A stretch of DNA of 64,000 nucleotides, taken from positions 32,001-96,000 of the forward strand of contig CAVQJC010000006.1 of NCBI GenBank assembly GCA_963712745.1, read 5' to 3'. The position numbers and the translations under genes are program-made. Each line of letters begins with the position of its first letter. The stretch's first letter is position 1. Source of the DNA: an uncultured Chloroflexia bacterium. GTDB taxonomy: Bacteria; Chloroflexota; Limnocylindria; Limnocylindrales; CSP1-4. This document shows, one piece after another, positions 36,746 to 45,948 of the stretch. Below the pieces are notes generated by a model that worked only from the letters and a program-made list of their open reading frames with translations, was not told the origin of the DNA and searched no databases.

Positions 36746-38700
36746 TCGACGTCGGCCTGGCGATGACGCTACAGGAGCCGTCGAGCACCGCCGATCCAGC
36801 AGATCCGCCGCGACACGAGACCGATGCCTTCGTCGAGGCCGTCTGCAGCCGGATCGGTGAGGGCAAGCCCCTGCGCCGGAAGCTCAGCCCGTGGGGCCGA
36901 GTGCATGTGGACCGCCCCCTGCCGTACGTGGCGGTCTACCGGCGACCGGTCAGTCGCCCCGATGCCGACACCGAATCGCTCATCGTGGGCGAGGCCTCGT
37001 ACGTCATCGCGGCCGGTGGGAAGCGGGCGCGCGCCGGGCTGAGCGCACTGGTCGAAGGCATCGCCAAGGTGCAGTCCGAGAGCTTCGGCGCCTTCCTCGT
37101 CATCGAGCTGTGGTCTACTCCTGACAGCAACCTGCCGCCTGGCCAGACCGCGTGGAGCCCGGGCTTCCGGATCCACCGACCGCGCAAGAGCCGCCTGGTG
37201 GCCACCATCAACTCGCTCGCCGACGCGCTCGGCGAAGTGCGGATCAAGGGTGCGTTCGCCGATGTCGAGATCGCCAGCGTCACCAGCGTCAGGCCCCCGC
37301 ACATGCCTCCGCTGTTGACGGCCAGCCAGGCGGCGGGACTCGGTGTCCACGTCATCGGACTGGAGGTCCAGCCGGTCTTCCGCGATCCGGGCCTGACCGA
37401 GAGCTATCCGCTCATCCATCGGGCCCTCCACCGCGGCATCTCACGGGCCATCAAGCGAGCCGTCTTCGACTTCACCCGACTGCGCACCTCGCATCGCCCG
37501 CCCAACTACCACGCCCTGGGACGGCACAGCGTGGTCAAGGCCGTCTGGGACGTGGACCGGCGACTGGCCCAGGTCAGCAACGAGTTCGACTTCATCCTGC
37601 AGGTCACGCCCACCAATGCCGACGCCGCGTGGGCCCAGTTCCGGCGCAGTCGCTTCGAGCTCGCGCCGGACTTCATGTCGCGTCCGCTCAAGCTCGACAC
37701 GGCCCTCGCCAAGCGGGAGCTCTTCAAGATCCCCATCGAACGCATCGAAGACCCGACCCTGGCGCAGCTGTTCCGCGACCAGCAGGTCTCGCTCGATCGC
37801 AGGCTGACGATGCTTGGCGACCGGGGCAAGCCGGAGTTCCTGTATGGGAGCCTGCAGCTCTTCGGCGGCGTGGACGAGCCCCTGCTCAACCTTGCCTACG
37901 AGGTGCTCAACCGGGTGCCCTCGAGGAGCCGCGACGATTCGCCTCGCGGGGCCGTCGATGCCAAGACCTTCGCCGCACGTGCCAGCGCCGAGATGGAGTA
38001 CTACCAGGGCATCCACCCGGGCGTGACCGGTGCGGTCGAGATCCGCCAGGACGTGGTCGGCGTGATGGTGTCGCGTGGGCGCGTGCTCGTGGGTACCCAG
38101 ACGAAGGTGCCGGTATCGCGGGTGGACGCGTTGCTTGCCCACGAGGTGGGCACCCACATCGTCACCTACATCAATGGCCGCGCGCAGCCGTTCCGCCAGC
38201 TCGCCATCGGCCTTCCCGGCTATGACGAACTGCAGGAGGGCTTGGCGGTGTTTTCCGAGTACCTTGCCGGGGGCTTCAGCCGACCGCGCTTGCGCCTGCT
38301 CGCGGCGCGCGTGCTGGCTGCGCGCCGCATGCTCGACGGTGCCGAGTTCGTGGAGGTCTTTCGCGAGCTCGACCGGGCGCATGACTTCGCGCAGCGAACG
38401 GCATTCAACGTGACCATGCGCGTGTTCCGCGGTGGAGGGTTGACCAAGGACGTGGTCTACCTGAGAGGTCTCGCGCGCGTGCTCACCTACCTGCGGGAGG
38501 GTGGTTCCCTGGAGCCACTCCTGGTCGGCAAACTGGGACCGGACCATATCCCCATCATCGAGGAGCTACAGTGGCGCAGGGTCCTGCAGCCTCCGCCACT
38601 GCGTCCGCGCCACCTCACCGATCCAGCCGCGATCGAGCGACTCGAGCGTGTCCGGCGCGGTGCATCGGTCCTTGATCTCGTGACGAAGGGACGAAGATGA
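36742..38700 (+). CDS. QEGLA-motif / DUF1704 (MATCAP-like) metallopeptidase with N-terminal extension
   Basis: AHEVGTH (HExxxH), ELQEGLAV, RVFRGGGLTKDVVYLRG. Confidence 0.88.
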   Translation: MIDVGLAMTLQEPSSTADPADPPRHETDAFVEAVCSRIGEGKPLRRKLSPWGRVHVDRPLPYVAVYRRPVSRPDADTESLIVGEASYVIAAGGKRARAGLSALVEGIAKVQSESFGAFLVIELWSTPDSNLPPGQTAWSPGFRIHRPRKSRLVATINSLADALGEVRIKGAFADVEIASVTSVRPPHMPPLLTASQAAGLGVHVIGLEVQPVFRDPGLTESYPLIHRALHRGISRAIKRAVFDFTRLRTSHRPPNYHALGRHSVVKAVWDVDRRLAQVSNEFDFILQVTPTNADAAWAQFRRSRFELAPDFMSRPLKLDTALAKRELFKIPIERIEDPTLAQLFRDQQVSLDRRLTMLGDRGKPEFLYGSLQLFGGVDEPLLNLAYEVLNRVPSRSRDDSPRGAVDAKTFAARASAEMEYYQGIHPGVTGAVEIRQDVVGVMVSRGRVLVGTQTKVPVSRVDALLAHEVGTHIVTYINGRAQPFRQLAIGLPGYDELQEGLAVFSEYLAGGFSRPRLRLLAARVLAARRMLDGAEFVEVFRELDRAHDFAQRTAFNVTMRVFRGGGLTKDVVYLRGLARVLTYLREGGSLEPLLVGKLGPDHIPIIEELQWRRVLQPPPLRPRHLTDPAAIERLERVRRGASVLDLVTKGRR

Positions 38701-39743
38701 AGATCGGTTTCATGGTCAACGATATCGCCACGGAGGAGCCCGGCTACACCACCAGTCGGCTCGCCATGGCCGCCATCAACCGAGGTCACGAAGCCTGGGT
38801 CATCGGGGCGGGTGACTTCGCCTACGACAGCGACGAGACGGTCAAGGCGCGCGCGACCGCGGCGCCGAAGAAGACCTACAAGTCGTCCGAGACCTACGTC
38901 TCCGACCTCAAGGGCAGACGCGCCAAGCAGGAGCGCATCAGCGTCGACGAGCTCGATGTGCTCATGCTGCGCAGCGACCCCTCCACGGACCTGGGCCACC
39001 GATCCTGGGCCCAGTCGTCAGGCATCATCTTTGGCCGGGTGGCGATGCGCACCGGCCTCATCGTGCTCAACGACCCCAACGGCCTGGCCAAGGCCATGAA
39101 CAAGATGTACTTCCAGTTCTACCCGGAGGAGGTCCGACCGCGCACGATCATCACGCGCTCGCGCGATGAGATCAAGGCGTTCTGGAAGGACGAGGGCGGC
39201 ACCATCGTGCTCAAGCCGCTGCAAGGGTCCGGTGGTTCCGGCGTCTTCCTGGTGCGACCTGGGGACGGCTCCAACCTCAACCAGATGGTCGACGCCGTGA
39301 GCCGCGATGGCTACGTCATCGCCCAGGAGTACCTGCCGGCGGCTGAGGAGGGCGACACCCGCCTGTTCCTCATGAATGGCCAGCCCCTGCGCTACCGCGG
39401 CAAGTACGCGGCCTTCCGCCGTGTGCGCTCCGGTGACGACATGCGCAGCAACATCCATGCCGGCGGCAAGCTGCGCGAAGCGGTCATCACCGATGCGCAT
39501 ATGCGAATCGCGGAGATCGTGCGCCCCAAGGTGGTGCAGGACGGGATGTTCCTGGTGGGTCTCGACATCGTCGGTGACAAGCTCATGGAGATCAATGTCT
39601 TCAGCCCCGGTGGGCTGGGCAGCGCGCAACGCTACGAGAAGGTCAACTTCGCCCATGCCGTCGTCGAGGCGCTCGAACGGAAGGTCGATTACATGACCTT
39701 CTATCGCCGCAATTTCGATAACGTGGACATGGCCACGCTCTGA
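38697..39743 (+). CDS. Glutathione synthetase-like ATP-grasp ligase
   Basis: DVLMLRSDP, NKMY, LKPLQGSGGSGVF, QEYLP, GDTR, RSNIHAGG, GLDIVG...EINVFSPGG. Confidence 0.88.
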   Translation: MKIGFMVNDIATEEPGYTTSRLAMAAINRGHEAWVIGAGDFAYDSDETVKARATAAPKKTYKSSETYVSDLKGRRAKQERISVDELDVLMLRSDPSTDLGHRSWAQSSGIIFGRVAMRTGLIVLNDPNGLAKAMNKMYFQFYPEEVRPRTIITRSRDEIKAFWKDEGGTIVLKPLQGSGGSGVFLVRPGDGSNLNQMVDAVSRDGYVIAQEYLPAAEEGDTRLFLMNGQPLRYRGKYAAFRRVRSGDDMRSNIHAGGKLREAVITDAHMRIAEIVRPKVVQDGMFLVGLDIVGDKLMEINVFSPGGLGSAQRYEKVNFAHAVVEALERKVDYMTFYRRNFDNVDMATL

Positions 39744-39795
39744 CCCTCCCGCGGTCACCCTCCGCGCCTAGCCATGGGAAGAGTAGGCTCGACCC

Positions 39796-40698
39796 ATGAG
39801 TGAACGCGAGTCGGGGCGCATGGCCTTCGGGATATGCATCCCCAACTTCCGGCGGGGCACCGGACCCGAGACGATGCTGGCGGCGACGCAGACGGCTGAG
39901 CGGCTGGGCTGGCACTCTGCCCTCGCGACCGATCACGTCCTGGTCGACAGCGCGGCCCGCGCGACCGACTATCGCCACATCTATGAGGCGCTCGCCAGCG
40001 TGTCCTGGCTGGCCGGTCAGACGACCATGATCCGCCTGGGCATGAGCGTGCTCGTCGTGCCCATGCGCAACGCGCTCGTGCTGGCGAAGGAGCTGGCCAC
40101 CATCGACGCGCTCAGCGACGGACGGCTGATCGCGGGTGTCGGCATCGGCTGGAACAAGACCGAGTTCGAGAGCCTGGGCGAAGGCCAGCGCTTCGCACAC
40201 CGGGGCACCTGGCTAGAGGAGACGGTCGCGCTGTGGCGCCACCTCTGGGCCGGTGGCACAGGCCCGTACGCGGGCCGCTTCGACAGCTTCACTGAGGGCT
40301 ACTTCTCACCCCTGCCACCGCAAGGCGAGGACCTACCCATCTGGATCGGGGCCAGCGCCGAGCCGGCCCTGCGCCGTGCGGGACGCATCGCCGACGGGTA
40401 CCACTCCACGCGCACCGATCCCGACACCATGCGCGAGCGTGTCCGGGTCGTGGGCGAAGCGGCGGCTGAAGCCGGGCGATCGATGCCCGCGGTCTCGGCC
40501 CGACTGACCGTCGACTTCACGCACACGCGCCAGGGACCCTCGATCCTCACCGGCAGCCCCGAGGACATGGCCGCGGGCGTGCGCGCCTACGCCGACGCCG
40601 GCACCGAGCACCTGGCGCTCGACTTCGGCGAGGTCCACCCCGACGCGGTGGCGCGCGCCATCGAGCGATTCGACCGCGAGGTCATCCCCGCGCTCTAG
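39796..40698 (+). CDS. LLM-class flavin/F420-dependent oxidoreductase
   Basis: AERLGW.S...TDH, IRLGMSVLV.PMR...LAKELATIDALSDGRL..GVGIGW, PIWIG. Confidence 0.9.
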   Translation: MSERESGRMAFGICIPNFRRGTGPETMLAATQTAERLGWHSALATDHVLVDSAARATDYRHIYEALASVSWLAGQTTMIRLGMSVLVVPMRNALVLAKELATIDALSDGRLIAGVGIGWNKTEFESLGEGQRFAHRGTWLEETVALWRHLWAGGTGPYAGRFDSFTEGYFSPLPPQGEDLPIWIGASAEPALRRAGRIADGYHSTRTDPDTMRERVRVVGEAAAEAGRSMPAVSARLTVDFTHTRQGPSILTGSPEDMAAGVRAYADAGTEHLALDFGEVHPDAVARAIERFDREVIPAL

Positions 40699-40801
40699 CG
40701 CACCGGCGACCGATCAGAGGAGCCAGGCCGGCCCTCACGCCGTTGCGCCCGACCGAACCACCGCGAGATTCTCGGGTGTCGAGCACTACACTCCGACGAG
40801 G

Positions 40802-40817
40802 CGGCAAGCGACTGCCG
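40802..40817. promoter_or_regulatory. Imperfect palindrome CGGCAAGCGACTGCCG (LacI-like operator candidate)
   Basis: Lies just downstream of a -10-like TACACT (40787) and upstream of the GH94 gene. Confidence 0.4.
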
Positions 40818-40847
40818 GCGGCCCAAGGCATGTGACGGGAGGGATCG

Positions 40848-43304
40848 ATGAGGTTCGGACGTTTCGATGACGAGCGGCGGGAGTACGTCATCGAGCGGCC
40901 CGATACGCCGCTGCCCTGGATCAACTACCTCGGCAGCGACGACTACCTGGGGCTCATCTCCAACACCGCCGGCGGCTACTCGTTCTATCGCGATGCGCGC
41001 CTGCGACGCCTCACGCGCTACCGCTACAACAACGCCCCCCTCGATGTCGGCGGCCGCTACATCTACGTCCGCGACGATGACAGCGGCGATTACTGGAGCC
41101 CCTCGTGGCAGCCGGTCGGCCGCGAGGTCGAGGGCTACGAGTGCCGCCACGGTCTGGGCTACACGGTCATCGGGTCCCGAAACGCCGACATCCACACTGA
41201 GACCACCTACTTCGTGCCCCTCGGGCAGACGCTCGAGGTCTGGCGCACTCGCATCACCAACGAGCGCCCCGAGCCCGCCCGGCTCTCGCTCTTCAGCGCG
41301 GTCGAGTGGTGCCTCTGGGACGCGCAGGACGACGCCACCAACTTCCAGCGCAACTACTCGATCGGCGAGGTGGAGGTCGAGGACGAGGTCATCTACCACA
41401 AGACCGAGTACCGCGAACGCCGCGACCACTTCGCCTGGTTCGCCTGCTCCGAGCCGCTGGCCGGTTTCGACACCCAGCGCGACGACTTCCTGGGCCCCTA
41501 CCGTGGCTGGAACAGGCCGCTCGCCGTGGAAGAAGGTCGAGCTCGCGACTCCGTGGCCCACGGCTGGCAGCCGGTCGGCTCGCATCACGTGCGCCTGGAG
41601 TTGGCTCCAGGCGGGACACGCGAGGTCATCTTCACGCTCGGCTACGCAGAGAACCCCGCCCACGCCAAGTTCGACCCGCCTGGCTCACAGACCATCGCCA
41701 AGTCCGGCGTGCGCCCGCTCATCGAGCGCTACCGAGAGCCCGCCCAGGTCGAACTGGCGCTCGAGGAGCTCACCGCCCACTGGGACGAGCTGCTGGGCGC
41801 GTTCCAGGTCAGCACACCCAACGAGCACCTGGACCGCATGGTCAACACCTGGAACGCCTACCAGTGCATGGTCACGTTCAACCTCAGCCGCTCAGCCTCG
41901 ATGTTCGAGTCGGGCATCGGCCGAGGGATGGGCTTCCGCGACTCCAACCAGGATCTGCTCGGCTTCGTGCACATGGTCCCCGATCGTGCCCGGGAACGCA
42001 TCCTCGATATCAGCGCCACGCAGCTGCCCAGCGGCGGCGCCTATCACCAGTACCAGCCGCTGACCAAGCGCGGCAACGATGCGGTCGGCTCCGGCTTCAA
42101 CGACGATCCCGCCTGGCTCGTGCTGGGCGCCGGCGCCTACCTTCGTGAGACCGGCGACACCTCGATCCTCGACGAGCTGGTGCCCTATGACAACGAACCG
42201 GGCACCGAGACGCCGCTGTACGAGCACCTCGTGCGGGCCATCGAGTACACCCTCGACCGACTTGGCCCACACGGGCTCCCGCTCATCGGCCGGGCCGACT
42301 GGAACGACTGCCTGAACCTCAACTGCTTCAGCCAGACTCCCGGCGAGTCCTTCCAGACGACCGAGAACCGAGAGGGAGGCGTGGCCGAGTCGGTCTTCAT
42401 CGCCGCGCTTTTCATCTTCGCCGCCGCAGAGATGCGCCAGATCGCCGCGCTCCGGCACGACGGGATCTTCGGCCGGCGCTGTGCCGAGGCTGGGGCCGCC
42501 ATGAACGAGGCCATCGACGCGCACGGCTGGGACGGCGCCTGGTTCCGCCGGGCCTACGACTTCTTCGGTCATGTCGTCGGCTCGGCCGAGAACGAGGAGG
42601 GCCGCATCTTCATCGAGCCACAGGGCATGGCCGTCATGGCCGGGGTCGGCCTCGAGGATGGTCGGGCGCAGACCGCGTTGGCCTCCGTCCGCGAGCATTT
42701 GGCCACACCCCACGGCATCGTGCTGCTGCAGCCGGCGTTCAGCCGGTACCAGCTCGAGCTGGGCGAGATCTCGACCTACCCACCCGGGTACAAGGAGAAC
42801 GCTGGCATCTTCTGTCATACCAACCCCTGGCTGATGCTGGCCGAGGCGAAGGTCGGCAACGGCGACGGCGCGCTCGACTACTACCTGCGCATCAACCCTT
42901 CGGCGCGCGAGGGCATCTCGGAGATCCACCGCTGCGAGCCGTACGTCTACGCCCAGATGATCGCGGGGGTGGATGCGCCCACCCACGGCGAGGCCAAGAA
43001 CTCATGGCTGACCGGTACCGCCGCGTGGAACTTCGTGGCTGCCACCGAGGGCATCCTCGGCATCCGCGCCGAGCACGATGGGCTGCGCGTGGATCCGGTC
43101 CTGGCAGCTGACTGGTCGGGCTTCACGGTGAGCCGGCGCTTCCGGGGAACGACCTACCGCATCACCGTCGAGAAGGAGCCCGGCCGGACGGGCCGCGTGG
43201 GCTCGCTGGTGGTGGACGGTCAAGCGGTCCCAGGCAACATCATCCCGGCGCCGTCGGAGCCGGGCGGCATCGTCGAGGTCAGCGCCCTGATCGAGGGCAA
43301 CTGA
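40848..43304 (+). CDS. GH94 cellobiose phosphorylase
   Basis: EYVI.RPDTPLPWINYLG, GRGMGFRDSNQD, catalytic GRADWNDCLNLNCFS..PGESFQT, KENAGIFCH, SWLTGTA. Confidence 0.92.
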   Translation: MRFGRFDDERREYVIERPDTPLPWINYLGSDDYLGLISNTAGGYSFYRDARLRRLTRYRYNNAPLDVGGRYIYVRDDDSGDYWSPSWQPVGREVEGYECRHGLGYTVIGSRNADIHTETTYFVPLGQTLEVWRTRITNERPEPARLSLFSAVEWCLWDAQDDATNFQRNYSIGEVEVEDEVIYHKTEYRERRDHFAWFACSEPLAGFDTQRDDFLGPYRGWNRPLAVEEGRARDSVAHGWQPVGSHHVRLELAPGGTREVIFTLGYAENPAHAKFDPPGSQTIAKSGVRPLIERYREPAQVELALEELTAHWDELLGAFQVSTPNEHLDRMVNTWNAYQCMVTFNLSRSASMFESGIGRGMGFRDSNQDLLGFVHMVPDRARERILDISATQLPSGGAYHQYQPLTKRGNDAVGSGFNDDPAWLVLGAGAYLRETGDTSILDELVPYDNEPGTETPLYEHLVRAIEYTLDRLGPHGLPLIGRADWNDCLNLNCFSQTPGESFQTTENREGGVAESVFIAALFIFAAAEMRQIAALRHDGIFGRRCAEAGAAMNEAIDAHGWDGAWFRRAYDFFGHVVGSAENEEGRIFIEPQGMAVMAGVGLEDGRAQTALASVREHLATPHGIVLLQPAFSRYQLELGEISTYPPGYKENAGIFCHTNPWLMLAEAKVGNGDGALDYYLRINPSAREGISEIHRCEPYVYAQMIAGVDAPTHGEAKNSWLTGTAAWNFVAATEGILGIRAEHDGLRVDPVLAADWSGFTVSRRFRGTTYRITVEKEPGRTGRVGSLVVDGQAVPGNIIPAPSEPGGIVEVSALIEGN

Positions 43305-43407
43305 GCCTTCTCGGGTCGGCATGTCGTGCTGAAGCCGGGTCGCAGCACGGTGGTCGCCAAGCAGGCGCATCATCAGGGCCGGCCACTCACGTCAGGAGGA
43401 CCATCGC

Positions 43408-43788
43408 ATGGGACATCCACTGGTCGGCGTCTGGTCGGTTGAGATCTCCTGGGCCGACCGGCCACACCTCGAACACGCGACGCATACGTACCATCCCGAG
43501 GGGTCGATGGCCATCGCGGCGTCGACCTACGCGGCCCATGGCGCCTGGACCGTGACCGGGGAACGGAGCGCTGAGGTGGCGGCGCTCATGCCGATCCCGC
43601 CCGGCGGGGGGTTGAGCGGCTGGCTCGACATGCACGCCAACGTCCAGGTCTCAGACGATGGCAACGCCTTCCGCATGGACGCCGTTGTGGCGCGGCCCAC
43701 GCCGAGCGGTGTCCCATCTGAACGCCAGGCCACGATCTCGGGTAGACGCTTCGCGGTCGGCGCCAAGGCCTGGACGGCCTCCGGCTGA
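43408..43788 (+). CDS. Hypothetical beta-rich protein
   Basis: AGGAGG RBS; HPLVGVW lipocalin-like start. Confidence 0.6.
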   Translation: MGHPLVGVWSVEISWADRPHLEHATHTYHPEGSMAIAASTYAAHGAWTVTGERSAEVAALMPIPPGGGLSGWLDMHANVQVSDDGNAFRMDAVVARPTPSGVPSERQATISGRRFAVGAKAWTASG

Positions 43789-43899
43789 TGGACAGCCGGG
43801 CGCGCCGCGCAGTTGCCTCGCGCTACCATCGACGAGCAGCTGACGAGCGCAGAAGCGCCGCGCTGAGCATCACCGGCAGCGAGACATGAGGAGAACGCA

Positions 43900-44430
43900 A
43901 TGGGCCTGCACGTAGTAGTCGCCAAGTACAAGGACGTCCTGGGAGCGCGCGATGCCATCGCCGCCATCAAGAAGGCAGGCATCAAGCTCGCCGATCAGGC
44001 GTACGTGCTCAACAACGGCGACGGTAAGCTGGAGTTCAAGGAAGGCAAGGACGCTGGCGGAGGCAAGGGCTTCGTCTACGGCGCGTCGACGGTCGCGGTG
44101 GCCGGTATGCTCCTGGGCCCGGTCGGCTGGGGCGCACTCGCAGCCGGGGGCATCGTCGGCGGCCTCGTTTCCAAGGTCCACGATGCGGGCATCCCCAGCG
44201 CGGACATCGAGAAGCTGGGCAACTCGCTCGCTCCGGGCCAGGCCGCCGCCATCGCGGTGGCCAACGATGGTGACGAGGACAGGGTCCAGGAGATCCTCTT
44301 CAACAACGGCGGCGAGGTCGTGCGCGTGAGCGTGACCGATAGCTTGAAGACCGCCCTCGAGGACGAGGCCCCGGCTGGCGTCACCGTCGCCGAGGACGGT
44401 AGCACTGCGGAGGCCGATCCGGCTTCCTGA
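43900..44430 (+). CDS. DUF1269-like membrane protein
   Basis: Gly-zipper G..LGPVG...AGGIVGG, D.GI....I..LG..L.PG.AA. Confidence 0.78.
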   Translation: MGLHVVVAKYKDVLGARDAIAAIKKAGIKLADQAYVLNNGDGKLEFKEGKDAGGGKGFVYGASTVAVAGMLLGPVGWGALAAGGIVGGLVSKVHDAGIPSADIEKLGNSLAPGQAAAIAVANDGDEDRVQEILFNNGGEVVRVSVTDSLKTALEDEAPAGVTVAEDGSTAEADPAS

Positions 44431-44580
44431 CCACCGGGACGGCGATCTGGCCCGCCTTTCGACGAGCAGGAAGGCGGGCTTCTTCGTATGGGCGGCCGGT
44501 GGGCGTGTCCTGCCGAGCGGCTACCATCACCTGACCGCCCACCAACGGCGTTCCACAGGCGACCACAGAAGGGGGCTCGA

Positions 44581-45192
44581 GTGTCACAGAACCAGGGCTG
44601 GGGCCAGCAGCCGTACGGCGGGCAGCCACAGGGCCAGCAGCAGCCGCCGCCGCCACAGCCGGGTCAGCAACCTCCGCAATGGGGCGCTCCGCCCCCGCCG
44701 TCCAGCCAACCAGGCTGGGGGTCCAAGTACTGTCCCTCGTGTGGCTCGACCATCGATGCCCGCGCGGTCGATTGCCCGCGCTGCGGCGTCCGACAACCCG
44801 ACGCGGTGTACCAGGAACCCAAGAGCCGGCCCCTCGCCATCGTGCTGGCGCTCCTGCTCGGCGGCTTCGGCATCCACCGCTTCTACGTTGGCCCCGTCGT
44901 GTGGGGCGTCATCTACCTCATCTTCTTCTGGACCGGCATCCCCGGCTTCATCGCCTGGCTGGAAGCCCTCTACTGGCTCACGCGAAACGACGTGGAGTGG
45001 GCCCAGAAGTACGGCGGGCCGGTGCAGAAGTCGAACGGCGTGGCCATCGGCTGCCTCTGGATCGTGGCGCTGCTGCCGTTCATCCTGATCGTGCTGGCCC
45101 TGGCCAGCATCTTCGGGCTCATCGCCGTGTCGGGCGAGATCTCGGAAATCCTCTCGGAGATCGAGCGAAGCATCGCCACGCCTGCTCCGTAG
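44581..45192 (+). CDS. Zinc-ribbon plus TM2 (NINE) membrane protein
   Basis: Q/P-rich N-terminus, CPSCG...CPRCG, KSR.LA..LALLLGGFGIHRFY.G. Confidence 0.88.
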   Translation: MSQNQGWGQQPYGGQPQGQQQPPPPQPGQQPPQWGAPPPPSSQPGWGSKYCPSCGSTIDARAVDCPRCGVRQPDAVYQEPKSRPLAIVLALLLGGFGIHRFYVGPVVWGVIYLIFFWTGIPGFIAWLEALYWLTRNDVEWAQKYGGPVQKSNGVAIGCLWIVALLPFILIVLALASIFGLIAVSGEISEILSEIERSIATPAP

Positions 45193-45399
45193 CGCCAGAT
45201 CGGAGCCGGCAAGACGCGCAAGCTCGGCAGGGGCGGCAACCCGGGCGTCGCTCCGAAACGGTGTCGCATCACTGGATGCGCGTCAAGCGCTCCGGGGACT
45301 CGCCGACTACCATGCAGAAGGTCGCCACAGGGTGGCAGACTACTTCCCTGACCCCCGGCCTCCAGGACTCGCGGCCGAACCGTCGCCACCGCCGCCGTC

Positions 45400-45762
45400 G
45401 TGGGCGGCACGATGGGAGCCGTCCAGCACCACCAGCAGAAGGGGTGGGCCGGCCAGGAGCAGGCCGCCGCCCAGCAGCAGCAGGATCAGTACGCCCAGCA
45501 GCAGGCAGCCTGCGACGCGGGTCAGCAGGATCTGCAGGCGCAGCAGCAAGCGCAGCAGATGGCCGAGATGCAGCAGCAGCTCGAGCAGATGCAGGCTCAG
45601 CAGGCAGCCGCCGCTACGGCCGCACCCGCGGCACAGGCCGCCGCCCCCGCTGGGACCAGCGACGACATGATGGCCCAGCTCAACCAGCTGGCTCAGCTGC
45701 ACGCCTCGGGCGTGCTCAGCGACGAGGAGTTCGCCGCCGCCAAGGCCAAGCTCCTGGGCTGA
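45400..45762 (+). CDS. SHOCT domain protein, Gln/Ala-rich (true start probably upstream of a frameshift near 45376)
   Basis: C-terminal QL.QLAQLHASGVLSDEEFAAAKAKLLG. Confidence 0.8.
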   Translation: MGGTMGAVQHHQQKGWAGQEQAAAQQQQDQYAQQQAACDAGQQDLQAQQQAQQMAEMQQQLEQMQAQQAAAATAAPAAQAAAPAGTSDDMMAQLNQLAQLHASGVLSDEEFAAAKAKLLG

Positions 45763-45783
45763 TCACTGCATCGCGAGAACCGG

Positions 45784-45816
45784 AGCGGGGGTCGTTCAAC
45801 GGCCCCCGCTTCTCTG
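45784..45816 (+). terminator. Intrinsic terminator-like hairpin
   Basis: AGCGGGGGTCGT-TCA-ACGGCCCCCGCT followed by TCTCTGTGT, between convergent genes. Confidence 0.7.
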
Positions 45817-45948
45817 TGTCCCGACGAGATCAGGCTGGTTCGGCAGGGTCGCTCCCTCGGCGGTCGCGGGCACGTGGTCGCCGGTCGGCTTGGTGCTTGA
45901 TCGATGAGCGTGAGCCGGCGGAGCACGTCCTCGGGATCGAAGTCCCGG

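Noticed and set aside
38697-39743. Calling this gene gshB
   Set aside because: It is GshB-like, but its motifs (RSNIHAGG, SPGG) and operon context differ, and no gshA is seen in the window.
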